The notes below the pieces were generated by a model, which searched no databases, was not told where the DNA came from, and saw only the letters and a list, made by a program, of their open reading frames with translations. Shown here piece by piece: positions 62,404-64,000 of a stretch of DNA of 64,000 nucleotides. The DNA comes from Mustelus asterias (Eukaryota). The DNA lies in NCBI RefSeq assembly GCF_964213995.1, contig NC_135810.1, positions 99,882,001 through 99,946,000 on the forward strand. Direction: 5' to 3'. A program made the translations under genes and the position numbers. The stretch's first letter is position 1, and every line of letters starts with the position of its first letter.

Positions 62404-63482
62404 ATGCAAGTACCAAAAGACCTGAGTCGGTCGACTCCAGTTTTGTCAGTTTTGAGTAGTAGGGCATTTACAATCAGTGACTCATCCAGCACTTGAGGTT
62501 GCACAGTCAATGGACTACAATAAATTGGTCTGTAAAAAATAAATAGGAATTGTTTAAAACAGAACTCGCTTGTGACAGCCCATTAAGCATTAAGAACAAT
62601 TAGATGCCTTCAAGAAGGCACAAAATTTGACCCACCGTGCTTTCATTTGCAAATAGCTTTGCCCATAGGCAGCATTCAATGCCATTCTTGGCTCAGTGAT
62701 CAGTGGGGAGAAGCAAGTGAAGGAGTGCACTTTTCAGTGCACTTTTCCCTGGAAAAGCAAGAAACATTAAAAATACTAAGGCAGCATATTTTTTGCCGAA
62801 ACCCATTCTGTTGTGGTATCTAAACCTATGTTATGAATTTCTCAGATTATACTCAGATTTAGGGGGAACTCAAAGCAAAATACAGGAATACTTTGGCAGA
62901 GATCTGATCAATTTGACTAATTGTATGGGTGAAATTTCATGCAGCCAGGTGGTTCCTCTTACTTTTGGAAAAGAATGCTGAAAATCTGTTCCACATAAAC
63001 CTTACAAAAGCGTCATTGAACAGAATGAATGTAAAGGGCAGGAGAGCAGAACTGTCTAGCCTCCGGACACCAATTACTCCAATTCTTTGATCATTCTGCT
63101 CCGAAGCATTGTGGAATGGTGTAGGAAATGGAGCTGGTCACTTCAAATCCTGGCCATTTTCTCCTTCACTTGCTTCTCCCCACTGATCACTGAGCCAAGA
63201 ATGGCATTGAATGCTGCCTATGGGCAAAGCTATTTGCAAATGAAAGCACGGTGGGTCAAATTTTGTGCCTTCTTGAAGGCGTCTAATTGTTCTTAATGCT
63301 TAATGGGCTGTCACAAGCGAGTTCTGTTTTAAACAATTCCTATTTACTTTTTACAGACCAATTTATTGTAGTCCATTGACTGTGCAACCTCAAGTGCTGG
63401 ATGAGTCACTGATTGTAAATGCCCTACTACTCAAAACTGACAAAACTGGAGTCGACCGACTCAGGTCTTTTGGTATTTGCAT
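62404..63482. repeat. Long inverted repeat: 322-bp arms (62404-62725, 63161-63482), 435-bp spacer
   Basis: Arms are reverse complements with 3 substitutions seen and no indels. Confidence 0.95.
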
Positions 63483-64000
63483 TTTTGGCACCAAGTCCAT
63501 CAAACTTCTTATCTGCTTATTGAAGTTGTGTCTGTTAGTTGTTAAACTGACTGTTCTGTTCAGTTCTGTGCTGAAATTTCTGTACTATATTCAGTGCACT
63601 GTGTAGGATAGATTCTTCTATCTCCACCATTGCTTATGCCTTTGCCTTGCATTCTATTCTGTTGGAATTTTCATTCAGCCCTTCCTTTCCTTAAATTGGT
63701 TTCTGCAGTGCTCCCCTTTCCTGTCTCTACTGGCTGCCTGCTTAACAAACTTTAATTAACATGGAATGCTGTAATCCAAGCTGCATCTTATTAAAGGGCC
63801 CCCCCATTCTCAGTTTGTATATTATTCTTAGTAGTCATGTTGACATGGCTTTCTTTGCACAGGACAAACAGATTATAAGATGACTATCTTCATTTTCAAG
63901 TCAGTCTTCTGTCTTGCATCGCCATCCCATAATTTTCCAGCCCACACACTTTATTCTTCTGACTCCGATTATATTTGCAGCCCACCCAGAAAGAATCATT

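Noticed and set aside
12993-64000. Search for FREM2 exon 3 (expected GNKL...FRLNWAWIS-like) or a nested gene
   Set aside because: Not found by eye or in the ORF track; short or divergent exons cannot be fully excluded.

Overview
Vertebrate genomic DNA, almost certainly a shark (inferred from HE1-type V-SINEs, HER1/CR1 LINEs and a DeuSINE). The window holds the 5' part of a FRAS1-related extracellular matrix gene, best read as FREM2, on the + strand: a putative TATA-less promoter (~3280-3460), one giant first coding exon (3656-8696; signal peptide, N-terminal region, CSPG repeats), a 90-nt exon 2 (12903-12992), then >51 kb of intron 2. I found no exon 3. The rest is transposon-rich non-coding DNA: CR1, Rex1/Babar and CR1/L2-group LINE fragments, several SINE families, GGGC-ended MITE-like elements and Penelope-like remnants. 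The most notable observations are (1) an apparently intact minimal hammerhead ribozyme in a foldback Penelope remnant, with stem-I covariation between two copies, (2) a near-perfect 322-bp inverted duplication in intron 2, (3) an abrupt GC3/CpG step inside exon 1, and (4) a V-SINE with a swapped 3' tail. Everything was read by eye with no database search, so repeat boundaries are approximate. I cannot claim a wholly new system.
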